NCBI RefSeq assembly: GCF_037381185.1
Contig: NZ_JARRQY010000017.1
Coordinates: 18,063 to 50,062 of the forward strand
From: Acidihalobacter sp.
GTDB taxonomy: Bacteria > Pseudomonadota > Gammaproteobacteria > DSM-5130 > Acidihalobacteraceae
Direction: 5' to 3'
DNA: 32,000 nucleotides
Shown: positions 1-11,128 of the stretch, piece after piece
How the letters are laid out: each line of letters opens with the position of its first letter
Position numbering within the stretch: the first letter of the stretch is position 1
The notes under the pieces: model-generated
Told to the model about the DNA's origin: nothing
What the model saw: only the letters and a program-made list of their open reading frames with translations
Databases searched by the model: none
Made by a program: the position numbers and the translations under genes

Positions 1-2
1 AT

Positions 3-2474
3 GTTACGGCCCTGCGCGACGTGCAGTTCCAGGTACCGCTGAAGATATATAGCGCAGATGGCGAGCTTATGGCGGAGTATGGCGAAAAGCGCCGTGATCC
101 GTTGCATTTCGATCAGGTCCCGCCTCAGTTGGTCCACGCTTTTCTCGCTGCCGAGGACGCTCGTTTCTACGAGCATCCCGGCGTCAGTATTCGCGGCCTG
201 CTGCGCGCCACCTACGAGCTTATTCGCACGGGCCGCAAAGTCCAGGGCGGTAGTACCATTACCATGCAGCTGGCGCGCAACTTCTTCCTCAGCGACCGTA
301 AGACCTACACGCGCAAGATTCGCGAACTGATGCTCGCGCTCAAGATCGAAAAGGCGCTCACCAAGGATCAGATCCTGGAGCTCTATCTGAACAAGATCTA
401 CCTCGGCAACCGAGCCTACGGTATCGGGGCGGCGGCGCACGTGTACTACGGCAAGAGCGTGAAGGATCTGACCCTCGCGCAGATGGCGATGATTGCCGGT
501 CTGCCAAAGGCGCCTTCCGCCTACAATCCGCTGGCTGACCCGCGCCGGGCGTTGGAGCGGCGCAAATACGTGCTGACCCGCATGCACGACTTGGGGTACA
601 TCTCTGACGCCCAGTTCCAGTCGGCGTTGCAGCAGCCGATCACCGCCTCCCTGCATGCTGCCAATGTCCAGGTGCATGCACCCTATGTTGCCGAAATGGT
701 GCGCGCCGAAATGGTGCAGCGCTACGGCGACCGTGCCTATACAGACGGCTTTAAGGTATATACCACTATCCGTGCCAAGGATCAGGCGGCGGCCAATCGA
801 GCGCTGCATGACGATCTGGTCGCCTACACCGAACGCCATGGCTACCGTGGTCCGGAAGCGCGGATCAAGCTCGATCCGGTCACGCTCAAGGCCTTCCGCA
901 TATCCATGACGGCAGCCGCGAAGGACAAGACCGACAAGGCCAGCAAGACCAAGGGCTCCGGCCGGCCTGACGTGGGCGCGTGGGACGAAGTGCTGCAGAA
1001 ACATCCTCCGGTCGGAGGCCTGGAGTCGGGGGTGGTCGTCGATGTCGGGGACAAGTCCGCGCAGGTCTATCTCGGGCCGGGACAGGTGGTCACCCTGGAC
1101 TGGAAGGGGCTGAGCTGGGCGCGTCCCTTCATCAACCGCAACCTGATCGGCAACCCGCCGACCAGGGCCTCCGACGTGGTCAAGCCCGGCGACGTGGTCC
1201 GGGTCCGCGAGGACGGCGGGCAGTGGCAGTTGACCCAGGTGCCCAAGGTGCAGGGCGCGCTGGTATCCCTGGATCCGGACAGCGGCGCGATCGTCGCCAT
1301 GGTCGGTGGTTTCGACTACTACGCCAGCAAGTTCAACCGTGTCACTCAGGCCATGCGTCAGCCGGGCTCGAGCTTCAAGCCGTTCATCTACTCCGCTGCG
1401 CTGCATGACGGCTTCACTCCGGCCACGCTGGTCAACGATGCGCCGGTGGTGATCAAGGATTCGGCGCTGGAAGGCGTGTGGCGCCCGGAGAACTACGAGC
1501 GCCGCTTCAACGGCCCGACGCGTCTGCGTATCGGTCTGGTCGAGTCGTTGAATCTTGTTTCGATCCGAGTGCTGCAGACCATCGGCATCAACTACGCGCT
1601 CAAGTACGTCTCGCGCTTCGGCTTCGATCCCGCCCGTCTGCCGCACAACCTGACGCTGGCGCTGGGCAGTGCCAGCGTGACGCCACTGGAGATGGCGACC
1701 GGCTACGCTGTGTTCGCCAACGGCGGCTATCGTGTGAAGCCGTACTATCTCGATCGCATCGTCGCCGAGGACGGCAGCGTGCTGTATTACGCCGATCATC
1801 CGACGGTCTGCGAGCCGAACTGCCCGAAACCGGCACCCGCTGCATCGGATGCGATGGGCACGAGTGCGACGGCAGCTCCGGCGCCGGCGACGACCGTTGC
1901 TCCGTCCACCAGCCTGGCCGTGCCGACCAGCGTCACGCCGCTCGTCGCCGTAAAGCCGCCGCCCGTCAGGCCGGCCGAGCGCGTCATCACCGCGGGCAAC
2001 GCCTACCAGATGACCAGCATGCTCAAGGACGTCATCCGTCACGGTACCGGTCGCGCGGCCCTGTCCCTGCACCGCAGTGATCTGGCCGGCAAGACCGGCA
2101 CCACCAACGAGCAGGTGGATGCCTGGTTCAGTGGTTTCGACTCAAGGCTGGTGACCACGGCCTGGGTCGGTTTCGACGACAACAAGCCGCTGGGGCATGC
2201 CGAGACCGGCGCACGCGCGGCTCTGCCAATGTGGATCAAGTATATGGGGGCCGCGTTGAAGGGGGCGCCGGAGTCGACCATGCCACAGCCGCCGGGTATC
2301 GTGACGGTCAAGATCGATCCCAAGACAGGACTGCTGGCGCGTCCGGGCGAAGCGGATGCGGTGTTCGAGACCTTCCGCCAGGACCGTGTGCCGAGGGCCG
2401 ATACGCCGCGCAACACGGCGGGTACTGAGGCGACACCGCAGGGTAACAGCGGGCTTACGCAGCAGCTCTACTGA
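3..2474 (+). CDS. mrcA: Penicillin-binding protein 1A (bifunctional glycosyltransferase/transpeptidase), 5'-truncated by the window edge
   Basis: The frame is open from nt 3, with no stop before the track's GTG at 21, so the N-terminal membrane anchor lies upstream. GT51 motifs are present (EDARFYEHPG, GGSTITMQLARN, RKIRE). Transpeptidase motifs are present (SSFKP = SxxK; KTGTT = KTG). Confidence 0.95.
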   Translation, partial: VTALRDVQFQVPLKIYSADGELMAEYGEKRRDPLHFDQVPPQLVHAFLAAEDARFYEHPGVSIRGLLRATYELIRTGRKVQGGSTITMQLARNFFLSDRKTYTRKIRELMLALKIEKALTKDQILELYLNKIYLGNRAYGIGAAAHVYYGKSVKDLTLAQMAMIAGLPKAPSAYNPLADPRRALERRKYVLTRMHDLGYISDAQFQSALQQPITASLHAANVQVHAPYVAEMVRAEMVQRYGDRAYTDGFKVYTTIRAKDQAAANRALHDDLVAYTERHGYRGPEARIKLDPVTLKAFRISMTAAAKDKTDKASKTKGSGRPDVGAWDEVLQKHPPVGGLESGVVVDVGDKSAQVYLGPGQVVTLDWKGLSWARPFINRNLIGNPPTRASDVVKPGDVVRVREDGGQWQLTQVPKVQGALVSLDPDSGAIVAMVGGFDYYASKFNRVTQAMRQPGSSFKPFIYSAALHDGFTPATLVNDAPVVIKDSALEGVWRPENYERRFNGPTRLRIGLVESLNLVSIRVLQTIGINYALKYVSRFGFDPARLPHNLTLALGSASVTPLEMATGYAVFANGGYRVKPYYLDRIVAEDGSVLYYADHPTVCEPNCPKPAPAASDAMGTSATAAPAPATTVAPSTSLAVPTSVTPLVAVKPPPVRPAERVITAGNAYQMTSMLKDVIRHGTGRAALSLHRSDLAGKTGTTNEQVDAWFSGFDSRLVTTAWVGFDDNKPLGHAETGARAALPMWIKYMGAALKGAPESTMPQPPGIVTVKIDPKTGLLARPGEADAVFETFRQDRVPRADTPRNTAGTEATPQGNSGLTQQLY

Positions 2475-2508
2475 GTTTGGACTCGGGCGTGGTTGTGCAG
2501 GAGGGGGG

Positions 2509-3135
2509 ATGTCCGAACAGCGTGAACGTGAGTTGATCGCTCAGGAATGCGCGCGCCTCATGCTCGATGAGGGCATCCGCGACTATGCGACGGCCAAGCG
2601 CAAGGCGGGCCAGCGTCTGCTGATCGACGGCCGTACCAACCTGCCTTCGAACGCGGAAATCGAGGCAGCGTCGCTGGAGCGGCGCCGGCTGTTCGCAGAT
2701 GAGAACGAGTTGGCCGAGTTACAGGAGCTGCGAGAAGTTGCGCTGAAGGTGATGGGGCGCCTGAAGGACTTCGAGCCGCGTCTGGTGGGCGCAGTGCTCA
2801 AGGGCACCGCTGGTGCCGGTGCACGCGCCACGCTGCATGTCTTCGCCGATACCCCGGAAGATTTGTTGTTCGCGCTGATGGAGCGGGGCCTGCGCTACCG
2901 CGAGGCGGAGCGGGTCCAGTGTGTCGCGGGCGTGCAGCAGAACCTGCCCAGCGTGCTGCTGCGGATCGGTGCGGCGGAGGTCGAGGTGGTTGTGTTCCCG
3001 CTGGACGGCCTGCGCCAGGCCCCCACCAGCCCAGTCGATGGGCGCCCCATGCGCCGCGCCGACATCGCCGAAGTGACCGCTCTGGTCGAGGCGCGGCTTG
3101 CGGATGTCCTTGATGAAGGGCGATTGGTGGTCTGA
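2509..3135 (+). CDS. Conserved hypothetical protein (208 aa); possible degenerate Pol-beta-type nucleotidyltransferase fold
   Basis: ATG at 2509 is preceded by a GCAGGAGGGGGG Shine-Dalgarno. The track start at 2356 overlaps the mrcA 3' end and is unsupported. Third-position G/C bias is strong. The segment LVGAVLKGTAGAGARATLHVF resembles the G[SA]xx[RK]G...DxD NTase motif without the Asp residues. Confidence 0.7.
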   Translation: MSEQRERELIAQECARLMLDEGIRDYATAKRKAGQRLLIDGRTNLPSNAEIEAASLERRRLFADENELAELQELREVALKVMGRLKDFEPRLVGAVLKGTAGAGARATLHVFADTPEDLLFALMERGLRYREAERVQCVAGVQQNLPSVLLRIGAAEVEVVVFPLDGLRQAPTSPVDGRPMRRADIAEVTALVEARLADVLDEGRLVV

Positions 3136-3145
3136 ACGAGGCCAG

Positions 3146-4198
3146 CTAAATGCCGGCGTGAACGGCATCGACCAGGGCTGCGACGCGCTCCGGGTCGATG
3201 GCCGGGTGGATGCCGTGGCCCAGATTGAATACATGGCCGGGACCATCGCCGAAGGATGTCAGTACCCTGCGGGCCTCTTCGGCCACTCGCTCGTTCGAGG
3301 CGTAAAGTACAGTGGGATCCAGGTTTCCCTGTAATGCCACCTTGCCGCCGACACGGGCGCGCGCATCGCCGATATCCGTGGTCCAGTCCAGGCCCAGCGC
3401 GTCGCAGCCGCTGTCGGCCATGGACTCCAGCCACTGTCCGCCGCCCTTGGTGAACAGCGTGACCGGTACGCGACGACCTTCGCTTTCGCGCTGCAGGCTC
3501 TCGACGATGCGCTGCATATAGGTCAGCGAGAACTCGCGGTAGCCTACCGGAGTCAGCGATCCCCCCCAGGTGTCGAAGATCATTATTGCCTGGGCACCAG
3601 CGGCGATCTGTGCGTTGAGGTAGGCGCCGACGGCGTCGGCGAGTACGCCGAGCAGTCTGTGTAATGTGGCGGGGTCATCGTAGAGCAGGCCTTTGACGCG
3701 CGCGAATTCCTTGCTCGAGCCGCCTTCGACCATGTAGGTGGCAAGCGTCCACGGACTGCCGGAAAAGCCAATCAGCGGCACGCGCCCGTCGAGTTCGCGT
3801 CGGATCACGCGTACCGCGTCGGTGACGTAGCCCAGTTCCAGCTCGGGGTCTGGTGCGGCCAGGGCGGCGATTTCGGCCGCTGTGCGCACGGGGCGTTCGA
3901 AACGTGGCCCCTCTCCTTCCACGAAATGCAGTCCCAGGCCCATGGCGTCGGGCACGGTGAGAATGTCTGAAAACAGGATCGCAGCATCCAGCGGGAAGCG
4001 CTCCAGAGGCTGCAGGGTCACTTCGCAGGCCAGCTCGGGCGTGCGGCACAGGTTCATGAAGCTGCCGGCGCGTTCACGTGTGGCACGGTACTCGGGCAGG
4101 TAGCGGCCCGCCTGGCGCATGATCCAGATCGGTGTGGCGTCGACCGGCTGGCGTAGCAGTGCACGCAGCAGCCGGTCATTGTGCAGTGGCGAGGTCAT
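3146..4198 (-). CDS. hemE: Uroporphyrinogen decarboxylase
   Basis: 350-aa ORF. The N-terminus ([32 protein letters not shown]) is the classic HemE signature. It starts 9 nt after the gltD stop, suggesting co-transcription. Confidence 0.97.
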   Translation of the reverse strand: MTSPLHNDRLLRALLRQPVDATPIWIMRQAGRYLPEYRATRERAGSFMNLCRTPELACEVTLQPLERFPLDAAILFSDILTVPDAMGLGLHFVEGEGPRFERPVRTAAEIAALAAPDPELELGYVTDAVRVIRRELDGRVPLIGFSGSPWTLATYMVEGGSSKEFARVKGLLYDDPATLHRLLGVLADAVGAYLNAQIAAGAQAIMIFDTWGGSLTPVGYREFSLTYMQRIVESLQRESEGRRVPVTLFTKGGGQWLESMADSGCDALGLDWTTDIGDARARVGGKVALQGNLDPTVLYASNERVAEEARRVLTSFGDGPGHVFNLGHGIHPAIDPERVAALVDAVHAGI

Positions 4199-4207
4199 GA
4201 CTGTGGC

Positions 4208-5695
<1,488 letters not shown>

Positions 5696-5875
5696 TCACC
5701 GTCGGGTCAAGCCCGTGGAGGAGAGGAGGCGCCGTCCCTGCCGCCGCACGATCAACCTCGCGCCGACAGCTTAAGTTTCGTGCGACCGTCCGGCAGAGCC
5801 TGGCGGCGTGCAGTCGCAATGCTCGCACAACGGCGATTGCGCTGCCTATCGCCCGCATCCTGCGGCGGGTTGTGT

Positions 5876-6337
5876 TCAGCCAGCCAAGCGCGCCTTGAGT
5901 TGGGCGCTGACCGCCGCCATGTCGGCGCGTCCCTGCAGCTCAGGCCGCAGTTTGGCCATGACCTTGCCCATGTCCTTCATGCCGACGGCGCCGGTTTCGG
6001 CGATCGCCTCCCGGAGCAGGGTCTCGATCGCGGATTCGTCCAGAGGCGGCGGGAGGAATTCCTGAATGATCTCGAGTTCGCTGGCTTCGCGTGTGACGAG
6101 ATCGTTGCGCCCGGCCTTGCCGAACTGTTCGATCGATTCCCGCCTCTGTTTGGCGAGTTTGTCAAGCACGGCAATCGTACCGGCGTCATCCAGCGGCTCG
6201 CGCGTGTCGACTTCGATCTGCTTGAGCGCGGCCATGATGCCGCGCAGCGTGCCCAGGCGTTCACGCGCGCCGGCGCGCATGGCGGCTTTCACGTCTTCGG
6301 CAATGCGCGTCTTGAGCGGGGAGGAGGCGTCCGACAT
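5876..6337 (-). CDS. GatB/YqeY domain-containing protein
   Basis: 153-aa ORF. LKTRIAEDVKAAMRAG...LRGIMAALKQIEVD is typical of the YqeY family. It starts 19 nt downstream of rpsU, as in the rpsU-yqeY arrangement of other gammaproteobacteria. Confidence 0.9.
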   Translation of the reverse strand: MSDASSPLKTRIAEDVKAAMRAGARERLGTLRGIMAALKQIEVDTREPLDDAGTIAVLDKLAKQRRESIEQFGKAGRNDLVTREASELEIIQEFLPPPLDESAIETLLREAIAETGAVGMKDMGKVMAKLRPELQGRADMAAVSAQLKARLAG

Positions 6338-6356
6338 CGGTCGTTTGCCCCTGCGC

Positions 6357-6572
6357 TCAGTACAGGCGGACGCGGCGGGCGTTCTCGCGCGAAACGCGCT
6401 TGAGCTGGCGCTTGACCGCGGCCGCAGCCTTGCGCTTGCGCACAGAGGTGGGTTTCTCGTAGAACTCGCGGCGGCGGACTTCGGTGAGCACGCCGGCTTT
6501 TTCGCAGGTACGCTTGAAGCGACGCAGGGCGACCTCGAAGGGCTCGTTCTCTTTCACGCGGACATTCGGCAT
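6357..6572 (-). CDS. rpsU: 30S ribosomal protein S21
   Basis: 71 aa. [29 protein letters not shown]...[13 protein letters not shown] is unmistakably S21. A GAGAG/AGGAG SD lies upstream. Confidence 0.98.
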   Translation of the reverse strand: MPNVRVKENEPFEVALRRFKRTCEKAGVLTEVRRREFYEKPTSVRKRKAAAAVKRQLKRVSRENARRVRLY

Positions 6573-6821
6573 ACGAACTCTCTAACTCCTGGAATCTGGG
6601 ATAATGCACGGCCCGGACGCAGTAATGCCTACGCAGCGGGACCGCGGAACCCGGCATTCTAAGACTTGAGTCCGGGAAATGCCAGTGCGGCGGATACAAA
6701 TGTGGGCGGGGAGTTCGCTCATGTAGTATTTGCGGCCCGAGCGCTGCCGGGCCGGCGCTCGTAGGCGTCAGTGATGGTTTGATCTGAGCGCACACAAATC
6801 AACTGGAACCGTGAACTTTAC

Positions 6822-7829
6822 ATGAACAGAGTGCTTGGCATCGAAACCTCCTGCGACGAGACCGGGGTGGCGCTGTATGAGCCGCGCAGCGGCCTGCTCG
6901 CGCATGCGCTGTACAGCCAGATCGATCTGCACGCGGTCTATGGGGGCGTGGTGCCGGAGCTGGCTTCGCGCGACCACGTGCGCCGTTTGCTGCCGCTGGT
7001 GCGCCGGGTGTTGGATGAGGCCGATATCGAACGCCCCGACGCGGTGGCATACACGGCCGGTCCCGGCCTGATCGGCGCGCTGCTGGTCGGCGCGTCCGTC
7101 GGCCGCAGCCTGGCTCTCGGATGGGGCGTGCCGGCGGTCGGCGTGCACCACATGGAAGGCCATCTGCTCGCTCCCATGCTTGAACCAGATCCGCCGGAGT
7201 TTCCCTTCGTCGCGCTGCTGGTGTCGGGTGGGCACACGCAACTGGTCGATGTCGCCGGCGTGGGCGAGTACCGCCTGCTCGGGCAAAGCGTCGACGATGC
7301 CGCCGGTGAAGCGTTCGACAAGACCGCAAAGCTGCTCGGTCTGTCCTACCCGGGCGGGCCGGCACTGGCCGCCCTGGCTGAGCACGGCGATCCCGCACGC
7401 TTCCGGTTTCCACGGCCGATGACCGATCGGCCGGGTCTGGATTTCAGCTTCAGCGGCCTCAAGACCTATGCGCTCAATACCGCGACCGAAGTGGGCGACG
7501 ACGAGCAAGGACGCGCCGACGTGGCGCGGGCCTTCGAGGACGCGGTGGTGGACACTCTGGCGATCAAATGTCGGCGTGCCCTGCGTGAGACGGGGCGGCG
7601 GCGTCTGGTGGTGGCCGGAGGGGTCAGTGCCAACCGGCGCTTGCGTGAGCGCATGGCGTCACTGGAGGCCGAACTCGGTGCGAGTGTTTCGTTTCCACGC
7701 CCGGCGTTCTGCACCGACAATGGGGCCATGATCGCCTATGCCGGCTGCCAGCGGCTGCTGGCCGGTCAGACCGACGATCTTGCGATCCGGGCGACGCCGC
7801 GTTGGCCGTTGTCCGAGTTGGCCGGTTGA
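6822..7829 (+). CDS. tsaD: tRNA N6-adenosine threonylcarbamoyltransferase
   Basis: 335 aa. It has [12 protein letters not shown] at the N-terminus, the VHHMEGHL metal-binding motif and VAGGVSAN. It is divergent from rpsU, as in E. coli and Pseudomonas. Confidence 0.97.
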   Translation: MNRVLGIETSCDETGVALYEPRSGLLAHALYSQIDLHAVYGGVVPELASRDHVRRLLPLVRRVLDEADIERPDAVAYTAGPGLIGALLVGASVGRSLALGWGVPAVGVHHMEGHLLAPMLEPDPPEFPFVALLVSGGHTQLVDVAGVGEYRLLGQSVDDAAGEAFDKTAKLLGLSYPGGPALAALAEHGDPARFRFPRPMTDRPGLDFSFSGLKTYALNTATEVGDDEQGRADVARAFEDAVVDTLAIKCRRALRETGRRRLVVAGGVSANRRLRERMASLEAELGASVSFPRPAFCTDNGAMIAYAGCQRLLAGQTDDLAIRATPRWPLSELAG

Positions 7830-7842
7830 GGTGCCGGTGTTT

Positions 7843-8436
7843 TCAGGCCTTGCGGCCAATGCGCGGTTCCGTGCCGGCGATCAGGTTGCGGATGTTCTTG
7901 CGGTGACGCCAGAAGATGAGCGCGGTGATGAACGCCAGAACGGCTGTGGCGACAGGATTTGCAGTGATCCAGAACAGATAGCCCGGTGCGAGCAGGAAGG
8001 CACCCAGCGCCGAGGCCGAGGAAATGCGTGTGAGCAGCGCCATGGCGAGCCAGCTGAGTACGACCAGGCCGCCGACCAGCGGGTTGAGTCCGAACAGCGC
8101 ACCCAGCGCCGTGGCGACGCCCTTGCCGCCCTTGAAGCCGAAATAGAGCGGGTAGAGATGGCCGAGGAAGGCACCCAGGCCGACGGTGGCGACGATGGCT
8201 TCGGGGCGGCCCAGCGCCGTGGCGACCGCGGCCGGGAGGAGGCCTTTGACAAGATCGCCGCCCAGCGTGATGACGGCTGCTTTTTTGCCGCCGAGACGCA
8301 GTACGTTGGTCGCGCCTGGGTTGCGCGAGCCTTCGGTGCGCGGGTCGGGCAGTCCTATCAGGCGGCAAGTGAGAACGGCCGTCGAAACCGAACCGAGCAG
8401 GTAGCCGCCGATGATCAGAAGAATGTCGTATGGCAT
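7843..8436 (-). CDS. plsY: Glycerol-3-phosphate acyltransferase PlsY
   Basis: The start is set at ATG 8436 (MPYDILLIIGGYLLGS...). The GSRNPGATNVLR motif and a multi-TM profile are present. The 89 extra N-terminal codons of the track ORF (to 8703) overlap bioC and are Arg/Ser-rich junk. Confidence 0.93.
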   Translation of the reverse strand: MPYDILLIIGGYLLGSVSTAVLTCRLIGLPDPRTEGSRNPGATNVLRLGGKKAAVITLGGDLVKGLLPAAVATALGRPEAIVATVGLGAFLGHLYPLYFGFKGGKGVATALGALFGLNPLVGGLVVLSWLAMALLTRISSASALGAFLLAPGYLFWITANPVATAVLAFITALIFWRHRKNIRNLIAGTEPRIGRKA

Positions 8437-8512
8437 AGGCAATCCGTATTCGCGAGCGTCGGCATGATACCCGAGATCGATGGCAGGCAGGTGAGCGGAC
8501 ACGGGGGAGAGC

Positions 8513-9406
8513 ATGCCCCGGAGCGTTGAAGCGGACGCCTCCGGCGCGCTCGATCCGGCGATCGTGCGCCGGCATTTCGAGCGCGCGGCGACGCGGTTCG
8601 ATTCTGCCGCCGCGCTGCCGCGTGAGATCGGCGAGCGCCTGCTGGGACGCCTGGACCTTATTCGCCTGCAGCCTGAGCGGGCTCTCGATCTGGGCGCCGG
8701 CACCGGCGTGGTCGCCCAGGCGTTGCTGCGCCGCTACCGCGGTGCGCAGGTCTATGCCGTGGACAGTGCCGCCTGCATGCTGGTTTTGGCGCGCCGCCGT
8801 GGGGCCTGGTGGCGGCGCCCACGCGTGGTCTGCGCGGATGCAGAGCGCCTGCCGCTGGCCGCGGCTTCGATGAATATGGTGGTGTCCAACCTGATGCTGC
8901 CGTGGTGCTTGCCGCCGGATGCCGCGTTAGCCGAAATCCGGCGTGTGCTGGCTCCCGGGGGCGTGTTGTTGTTTTCCACCCTCGGCCCTGACACGCTGAT
9001 CGAACTGCGCCGTAGCTGGGCGCGGGTGGATGCACTGCCGCACGTCAATCCGTTCATGGACATGCACGACGTCGGCGATGCTCTGCTGCGCGCCGGCTTT
9101 GCCGATCCAGTGATGGACGTCGAACGGCTGGAGGTGACGTATCCCGACGTGAGCGGGCTGCTGCGCGAACTCAAGAGCCTGGGGGCGGGCAATGCGCTCA
9201 GCGGACGCGCGCGGGGCCTTGGCGGTCGAAGTCGGTTGCAGGGCATGATCGAGGCGTATGAGCGCGAGTGCGATGCCGGCGGGCGCATCCGTGCAACCTG
9301 TGAGGTCGTCTATGGCCTGGCCTGGGGGGGAGATGGGATGCCGGTCAGGTTTGGCGAGACGCGGGTGCCGTTGGAAATGTTGCGGCGTGGCATGCGACCG
9401 GGCTAG
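8513..9406 (+). CDS. bioC: Class I SAM-dependent methyltransferase, BioC-like (malonyl-ACP O-methyltransferase family)
   Basis: It has SAM motif I (LDLGAGTG) and collinear similarity to E. coli BioC (FxRAAxxYD..., SNLxLxWC, LxELRxxWxxVDxxPHxNxF). A GGGGGAGAG SD precedes ATG 8513. No other bio genes are nearby, so the functional call is tentative. Confidence 0.65.
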   Translation: MPRSVEADASGALDPAIVRRHFERAATRFDSAAALPREIGERLLGRLDLIRLQPERALDLGAGTGVVAQALLRRYRGAQVYAVDSAACMLVLARRRGAWWRRPRVVCADAERLPLAAASMNMVVSNLMLPWCLPPDAALAEIRRVLAPGGVLLFSTLGPDTLIELRRSWARVDALPHVNPFMDMHDVGDALLRAGFADPVMDVERLEVTYPDVSGLLRELKSLGAGNALSGRARGLGGRSRLQGMIEAYERECDAGGRIRATCEVVYGLAWGGDGMPVRFGETRVPLEMLRRGMRPG

Positions 9407-9652
9407 GGAATAAATCGGCTCCATCCGGATCTAGGTTAGACTAAGGGTAAAACTACATTAGCAGAGCCTATCCTGAAGATACCGTGTGGCGGCATTGTGT
9501 GGGGCGCTGCAACCCGAGGGGGCAAATGGCCGATTGGGCCGGCGCTTAGTTGCTTGGCGCTCGTTCGAAATGGCCAAACCACGCTTCTCGCTGCGCGTCG
9601 CGGGTTCCGCGATATCTTCAGACAGGTCCTAAGACTTCAGGGGTGAGGGGCT

Positions 9653-11116
9653 ATGGCGGTTGCCAGCGAGAGGCTAGGCGGGCCGGGTACGGCTGCGCTG
9701 GAGCAGTACAACTTCGATGTGGTCAGAAAATTCGCCGTCATGACCCTGGTGTGGGCCTTGGTCGGCATGGGCGCGGGATTCTGGATCGCCGGCGAACTCG
9801 CCTTCCCGCAGCTCAATTTCAATCTGGCCGAGATTACCTTCGGGCGCCTGCGCGCAGTTCACACCAGCGCGGTGCTGTTCGGTTTCGCCGCCAATGCACT
9901 GTTCGCGACGTCCTATTACGTCGTGCAACGTACCTGTCAGGTCCGTCTGCAGGGTGATCGGCTTGCCGCGTTCACCTTCTGGGGCTGGAACATCACCATC
10001 GCGTTGGGCATGCTGTCGTACCTGTTCGGCTACTCGCAGTCGCGCGAATACGCCGAGTTCGAATGGCCCTTCGACATTGCCATCACGGTGATCTGGGTGG
10101 TCTATGCCTGGGTGTTCATCCAGACCCTGAGGCGCCGCTCGCAGCCGCACATCTACGTGGCCAACTGGTTCTACCTGGCATTCATCCTGGCAGTCGCCCT
10201 ACTGCACGTCATCAACAATCTGGCGGTGCCGGTGTGTCCGACCTGCCTCAAGTCCTATCCCTTGTTTTCCGGCGTGCAGGACGCGATGACTCAGTGGTGG
10301 TACGGCCACAACATGGTTGGCTTCCTGCTCACCGCCGCCTTCCTCGGCATGATGTACTACTTCGTGCCCAAGCAGGCTGGGAGGCCGGTGTATTCCTACC
10401 GCCTGTCCATCGTGCATTTCTGGGCGCTGGTGTTCCTGTACATGTGGGTCGGCGCCCACCACCTGCACTGGACGGCGCTGCCCGACTGGACCTCGACGCT
10501 GGCCGCGACCTTCTCCATCCTGCTGCTGCTGCCGTCCTGGGGTGGGATGATCAACGGCATCATGACCCTCTCGGGGGCCTGGGATAAGCTGCGGACCGAT
10601 CCGATCATGCTGTTCCTGATCACCTCGCTGACCTTTTACGGCATGTCGACCTTCGAGGGGCCGATGATGTCGCTCAAGAGCGTCAACGCGCTGTCGCACT
10701 ACACAGACTGGACCATCGGCCATGTCCACTCGGGTGCGCTGGGCTGGGTCTCGATGATCACCTTCGGCTCGCTGTACAACCTGGTGCCGGTGTTGTGGAA
10801 CCGCAAGCTCTACAGCCTGCGGCTGGTGTACGTGCATTTCTTCCTGGCGACCATCGGCATCGTTCTATACATCGTGGCGATGTGGGTGGCGGGTATCGGC
10901 CAGGGCCTGATGTGGCGTGCCTATGACCAGTACGGCAACCTCGCCTACACTTTCCTGCAGTCGGTGGTCTTCCTGCACAAGCCCTACATCACCCGCTGGA
11001 TCGGCGGCGGTCTGTTCCTGCTGGGCATGGTGCTGATGGTATACAACCTGGCAATGACCATCCTGGGCGCCAGGCGTGCGGCGGCCGGCGAAGCCGCCGA
11101 GCCGGCCAGGGCCTGA
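9653..11116 (+). CDS. ccoN: cbb3-type cytochrome c oxidase subunit I
   Basis: 487 aa, polytopic. It has the heme-copper oxidase His ligands (HFWALVF..., [17 protein letters not shown]) and [10 protein letters not shown] at the N-terminus. Confidence 0.97.
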   Translation: MAVASERLGGPGTAALEQYNFDVVRKFAVMTLVWALVGMGAGFWIAGELAFPQLNFNLAEITFGRLRAVHTSAVLFGFAANALFATSYYVVQRTCQVRLQGDRLAAFTFWGWNITIALGMLSYLFGYSQSREYAEFEWPFDIAITVIWVVYAWVFIQTLRRRSQPHIYVANWFYLAFILAVALLHVINNLAVPVCPTCLKSYPLFSGVQDAMTQWWYGHNMVGFLLTAAFLGMMYYFVPKQAGRPVYSYRLSIVHFWALVFLYMWVGAHHLHWTALPDWTSTLAATFSILLLLPSWGGMINGIMTLSGAWDKLRTDPIMLFLITSLTFYGMSTFEGPMMSLKSVNALSHYTDWTIGHVHSGALGWVSMITFGSLYNLVPVLWNRKLYSLRLVYVHFFLATIGIVLYIVAMWVAGIGQGLMWRAYDQYGNLAYTFLQSVVFLHKPYITRWIGGGLFLLGMVLMVYNLAMTILGARRAAAGEAAEPARA

Positions 11117-11128
11117 GGAGGGGCGCGC

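Noticed and set aside
1821-1985. Pro/Ala/Thr/Ser-rich low-complexity insertion in PBP1A
   Set aside because: It is in frame and flanked by conserved transpeptidase sequence. Variable linker insertions are common in class A PBPs and nothing suggests a mobile or repeat element.
2356-2508. Upstream start for the hypothetical protein, overlapping the mrcA 3' end
   Set aside because: ATG 2509 has a strong SD. The upstream 51 codons are Arg-rich and lie inside the mrcA coding frame.
6658-6668. 9-mer CTAAGACTT shared between the rpsU/tsaD spacer (6658-6668) and the ccoN leader (9629-9638), suggesting a dispersed intergenic repeat
   Set aside because: A single shared 9-mer between two 250-nt regions is roughly what chance predicts, and the flanks do not align.
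7826-7850. Possible tsaD terminator (CCGGttgaggtgCCGG followed by TGTTTTC)
   Set aside because: The stem is only 4 bp and it overlaps the plsY stop region. It is too weak to call.
8437-8703. N-terminal 89-codon extension of the plsY ORF
   Set aside because: PlsY homologues start at MPYDILL. The extension is Arg/Ser-rich and overlaps the bioC-like gene start on the other strand.
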